This document shows positions 60,665 to 64,000 of a stretch of 64,000 bases of DNA, in pieces. Under the pieces are notes generated by a model. The model did no database searches. It saw nothing but the letters and a program-made list of their open reading frames with translations, and was not told where the DNA came from. The position numbers and the translations under genes are program-made. This stretch comes from Christensenella sp. UBA3217 (GTDB taxonomy: Bacteria > Bacillota > Clostridia > Christensenellales > CAG-1252), in contig DEWF01000001.1 in the NCBI GenBank assembly GCA_002363545.1, forward strand, positions 173,460-237,459, given 5' to 3'. Position 1 is the stretch's first letter. The number at the start of each line of letters is the position of its first letter.

Positions 60665-61681
60665 ATGAAAAAAACAATAGCGATCTTACTTTTACTTTCT
60701 TTGACACTTTTCTGTGCCGTTTCCTTTGTGGGGTGTTCAGAGGATTCGGATTCTATTACCGTGATCGTCCCGGATGGCGGACCGGCGCTTGGTATGGCTT
60801 ATCTTATGAAAAACCATTCTATGATAAATGGTGTGAAAATAAACTATGAGATCAAAAACGGCGCCGACGATATCAAGGCGGCAGTGATGAACGGAAAGGC
60901 GGATATTGCGATCATGCCAACCAACCTTGCCGCAGCTCTCTATAACAATAAAATCGAGATCAAACTGGTTGCGACAAACAGCTACGGTCTTATGTATTTG
61001 ATCACAAACCAAGGTGAAACCACCCTGAGTGATCTCGTTGGTGAAGTGTTGCACACGGTAGGAAAGAGCGGCACTCCCGAAGCCGTGCTTAAAAAGGTTC
61101 TTGACAGCGCTTCTATTGCTTATGAAGAGAGTGATACCGCCGTAACGGGAAAAGTTGCGTTGAATTTCTATTCGGACGGTACTCAGATCATTCAAAAAAT
61201 TGCACAAGGCAGTATCAAGTATGCACTTCTTGGCGAGCCTGCTGTTTCTACCGCATTGGCAAAGAACTCGGCATACTCCATTCAGATTGACTTACAAGAA
61301 GAATGGAAAACCGCAACGAATACCGATGCGAGTTATCCCCAAACGGCTCTTGTAGCTAAAACTTCCCTCTTAAAGAAAAATGCGGGATTGGTGGAAAAGA
61401 TCGCCATGCTTACGCTTGACGGAAGCTATGCGTTGAGATCCAATGCCACCCCTTACGTCACTTACTTGAAAGAGATCGGCGCAACGGTCCCGCCTACGCT
61501 CGGAGCGGATGGTGTACAAAGAGCGAATATTACTCCGGCGTTCGGTTTAACTGCAAAAACCGACGTGTCCAACTATCTTTCCATCTTGTATACCTTTAAC
61601 GCAAAACTGATCGGAAACAAGATGCCTGACGATGGTTTCTACTATCTTTCCGACGAGCTTTCTTCTTATACCGGGAAATAA
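60665..61681 (+). CDS. NitT/TauT-type ABC substrate-binding lipoprotein
   Basis: VGC lipobox, PDGGPAL, DIA.MPTN.AA.LYN, EP, G.KMPDDGFY. Confidence 0.82.
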   Translation: MKKTIAILLLLSLTLFCAVSFVGCSEDSDSITVIVPDGGPALGMAYLMKNHSMINGVKINYEIKNGADDIKAAVMNGKADIAIMPTNLAAALYNNKIEIKLVATNSYGLMYLITNQGETTLSDLVGEVLHTVGKSGTPEAVLKKVLDSASIAYEESDTAVTGKVALNFYSDGTQIIQKIAQGSIKYALLGEPAVSTALAKNSAYSIQIDLQEEWKTATNTDASYPQTALVAKTSLLKKNAGLVEKIAMLTLDGSYALRSNATPYVTYLKEIGATVPPTLGADGVQRANITPAFGLTAKTDVSNYLSILYTFNAKLIGNKMPDDGFYYLSDELSSYTGK

Positions 61682-61721
61682 TGGTTAAAACGAGCAAACG
61701 CAAGGGAGAAATGAATATTTT

Positions 61722-62501
61722 GTGAACAAGAAGAGGGTTATTATAAACATAGTTGCGCCTTTGTGTGGGGTTGCGGCGTTTATAGGGGTGTGGTTTGCCG
61801 TGGCGGCTTCCGTGGGAAAGACCGTTATCCTTCCCACGCCAATTGAAACGCTTAAAGCGTTTTTCTCTCTTCTTTCACAGAGTGAATTTTATCGATCGGT
61901 GGGAATGACGCTTGCGCGCACGCTTCTCAGTTTTATTATTGCTTTCTCACTTGCGTGCTTGTTTGCGGTATTATCTTATCTGTGTTATTTCTTCAAAAGG
62001 GCGTTTTCTCCCATTACGTTGATGATGCGAGTGATGCCCACCATATCCATCATTTTGTTAGTGTTTATATGGTTTGACAGCGAAATTTCTCCTTACGTTA
62101 TTACTTTTTTTGTGATTTTCCCCATGCTATACACCGTGGTCGCCAACGCTTTTGACGGGGTGGATCGCGGGCTTTTGGAGATGGCAAAAGCATATCGAAT
62201 CCCACTTTGCAGAAAAATTTTCCGCTTGTACATCCCGCAAATGGCGCCCTCGGTGCTTACCGGTATCAGTATATCGCTTCCTTTCTCGGTAAAACTGACC
62301 ATTGCCGCGGAAGTGCTTGCCTTTACCAAGGAGAGTATGGGGCGGAACTTAAAACAGCAGTCTTCTTACTTGGAAACCCCATCTTTGCTTGCCTGGACTC
62401 TTGCCGCTATCTTGCTCGGTTTCCTTTTGGAAGGATTGATCTTAATCCTGAAAAAGTGTTTGTTCAACACGAAAAAGGAGGGAAAGTATGCCGACAAATG
62501 A
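61722..62501 (+). CDS. ABC transporter permease
   Basis: LPTP, MP..S.I.L..IW, L.EMA..Y, K..IAAEV. Confidence 0.85.
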   Translation: MNKKRVIINIVAPLCGVAAFIGVWFAVAASVGKTVILPTPIETLKAFFSLLSQSEFYRSVGMTLARTLLSFIIAFSLACLFAVLSYLCYFFKRAFSPITLMMRVMPTISIILLVFIWFDSEISPYVITFFVIFPMLYTVVANAFDGVDRGLLEMAKAYRIPLCRKIFRLYIPQMAPSVLTGISISLPFSVKLTIAAEVLAFTKESMGRNLKQQSSYLETPSLLAWTLAAILLGFLLEGLILILKKCLFNTKKEGKYADK

Positions 62502-63201
62502 GCGTTTTGAAATAAAGAATATAAACGTTTCTTTCGGTGAAAACGTGGTATTTAAGGACTTTTCGCTTTCTCTTCCCGATAAGCGTATCACGTGTATTCT
62601 CGGACCGTCAGGTTCGGGTAAGACCACTCTTCTTAGGATATTATCCGGATTGATTTCCCAAAAGAAAGATAAAAAAAGCGAAAAAACTTCATTTATCTTT
62701 CAAGATCATAGGCTTTTACCCAATTTGACCGCGCAAGACAATCTTGCACTTGTTCTTGAAGGAAAAAGGAAGGAAAGAAAAGAGATCGCTCGAAAAATGC
62801 TTTGCGATATGGAGCTTGAAGAAGCGTCGGGGCTTTATCCCTCCGAACTTTCAGGCGGGATGGCGCAGCGCGTTGCGATCGCACGCGGGCTCATTGCCAA
62901 GAGTGATCTTTTGCTGATGGATGAGCCTTTTAAGGGGCTGGATCTTGGTTTGCAAGAACGTTTGATCAAGTATTTTGTGCGGCATTGGGAAGAGAACAAA
63001 CGCACTACGGTTTTTGTCACCCATAGTATTTTGGAAGCAATACTTGTGGCGGATCGGATCGTGATCCTCGGAAAAGGGGATGATGGTGCACAGGTCGTTT
63101 ATCAAAAGGATTTTACCATGCCCCGTGAGAAACGCGCGCTCGGTGATCCGGAGGTGGACGCGTTACGTTCCGAAATTCACGACATTTTGGTTGCTCTTTA
63201 A
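62488..63201 (+). CDS. ABC transporter ATP-binding protein
   Basis: GPSGSGKTT, LSGGMAQR, LMDEPF, VTH. Confidence 0.92.
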   Translation: MPTNERFEIKNINVSFGENVVFKDFSLSLPDKRITCILGPSGSGKTTLLRILSGLISQKKDKKSEKTSFIFQDHRLLPNLTAQDNLALVLEGKRKERKEIARKMLCDMELEEASGLYPSELSGGMAQRVAIARGLIAKSDLLLMDEPFKGLDLGLQERLIKYFVRHWEENKRTTVFVTHSILEAILVADRIVILGKGDDGAQVVYQKDFTMPREKRALGDPEVDALRSEIHDILVAL

Positions 63202-63470
63202 TTGTTTTTCAGTAATCCCATTACCGTTTTTAATCTTTCCTTTTGTTCCTCGTTCAACATAGGGGAAAGGGTGTTTGCAAAATTTGTGAGCGATTGATCG
63301 TTAAAAGTTCCATCTGCTTTCCCGCGATTTGCCATGGTAAGAATATCTTTCAGGAGCTCATCATCACTCTTTTTACTGTATGCTTCTGCGGTTTTCTTTA
63401 AATCTTCTTTTGCAGGATGCTCGTTTTCTTCTTTTGCTTGATACGTTTTTTGAAAATTTTTAAAATCCAT
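63198..63470 (-). CDS. hypothetical small helical protein
   Basis: AAGGAG SD; ends L.PML.EEQK.RL..V...L. Confidence 0.7.
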   Translation of the reverse strand: MDFKNFQKTYQAKEENEHPAKEDLKKTAEAYSKKSDDELLKDILTMANRGKADGTFNDQSLTNFANTLSPMLNEEQKERLKTVMGLLKNN

Positions 63471-63529
63471 AACATTCTCCTTATCACTGAATTATATTGT
63501 TCGGCATATATAAATGTGACGGAGGCTGT

Positions 63530-63892
63530 ATGAATTTTGATTTTTTGACAAATCTGCTCGGTGGGCAGGGAAATCAGACGTTGGCGATGCTTTTGCCCAT
63601 GTTACTTGGGGGGAAAATGGGTGGATTAGGAGGCGCTTTTCCCTCAAATCTATCCGGCGTATCAGATCTCATTCAAAACGCGTCTTTAGGGACTTCCAAG
63701 GGAGATTATCCACCGCTTTTCGGAGAAAAGTCAGGAGACAAAAGCAATGTTTCCTCTTCCCCCGATCTATTTTCTTTGCTTGGAAAAATTATGCCGCAAA
63801 GCGCACAAAAACAAACGACCGGCGCGACCAATGGGTATCCTTATGAATTGCAATACAACCGACCCGAAAAAGACTTACATAAGTTGAGATAA
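63530..63892 (+). CDS. hypothetical low-complexity Gly/Leu-rich protein
   Basis: GGAGG SD before ATG 63530; LLPMLLGG-type segments. Confidence 0.6.
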   Translation: MNFDFLTNLLGGQGNQTLAMLLPMLLGGKMGGLGGAFPSNLSGVSDLIQNASLGTSKGDYPPLFGEKSGDKSNVSSSPDLFSLLGKIMPQSAQKQTTGATNGYPYELQYNRPEKDLHKLR

Positions 63893-63937
63893 TATAATAA
63901 TTTTATAAAAGATCGCTTGCCAAATACTTTTCAAAGA

Positions 63938-63985
63938 CCACAATATATGGTATAATAGACAAGATTTTAATGCCAAATATGGTTT
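63938..63985 (+). promoter_or_regulatory. probable tandem NrdR boxes overlapping an extended -10 promoter
   Basis: CCACAATATATGGTAT (63938-63953) and a weaker copy 32 bp downstream; TGGTATAAT; GGAGG SD and GTG at 63998. Confidence 0.65.
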
Positions 63986-64000
63986 TCGGAGGGTTCTGTG

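Overview
Compact, gene-dense chromosomal segment of a spore-forming Clostridia-class bacterium. Evidence: Firmicute-type DnaK, hrcA with a CIRCE element, mcsA-mcsB-clpC, large Alu-containing SRP RNA, type-2 IleRS and sporulation-sigma-like promoters; any finer taxonomy would be inference. It is mostly housekeeping: tsaE/tsaB/rimI, murF-like/ddl, icd, gdhA, valS, ileS, tyrS, lepA-hemW, hrcA-grpE-dnaK-dnaJ-prmA-rsmE-mtaB-HIT-rpsU, dinB, clpC operon, hpf, pgi and two NitT/TauT-type ABC systems. It also carries SRP RNA, 6S RNA, tRNA-Glu(CTC), tRNA-Leu(GAG), a TPP-type riboswitch and one IS200-type element. The features that stand out most are: (1) a ~155-bp tandem array behind tRNA-Leu in which each unit has the tRNA 3' end, a terminator, an inverted copy of the T-arm and a conserved multi-stem scaffold carrying a completely different 22-23-nt loop; (2) a perfect 13-nt complementarity between the loop of the IS200 RBS-sequestering hairpin and a looped-out segment at its right end; (3) an orphan MazF preceded by sigmaF- and sigmaK-like promoters; (4) a TPP riboswitch with an altered pyrophosphate-sensing arm controlling a double-length ThiT; (5) an ABC ATPase homologue with all catalytic motifs degenerate, coupled to an S41 protease. 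All calls are from manual reading; no database searches were run.
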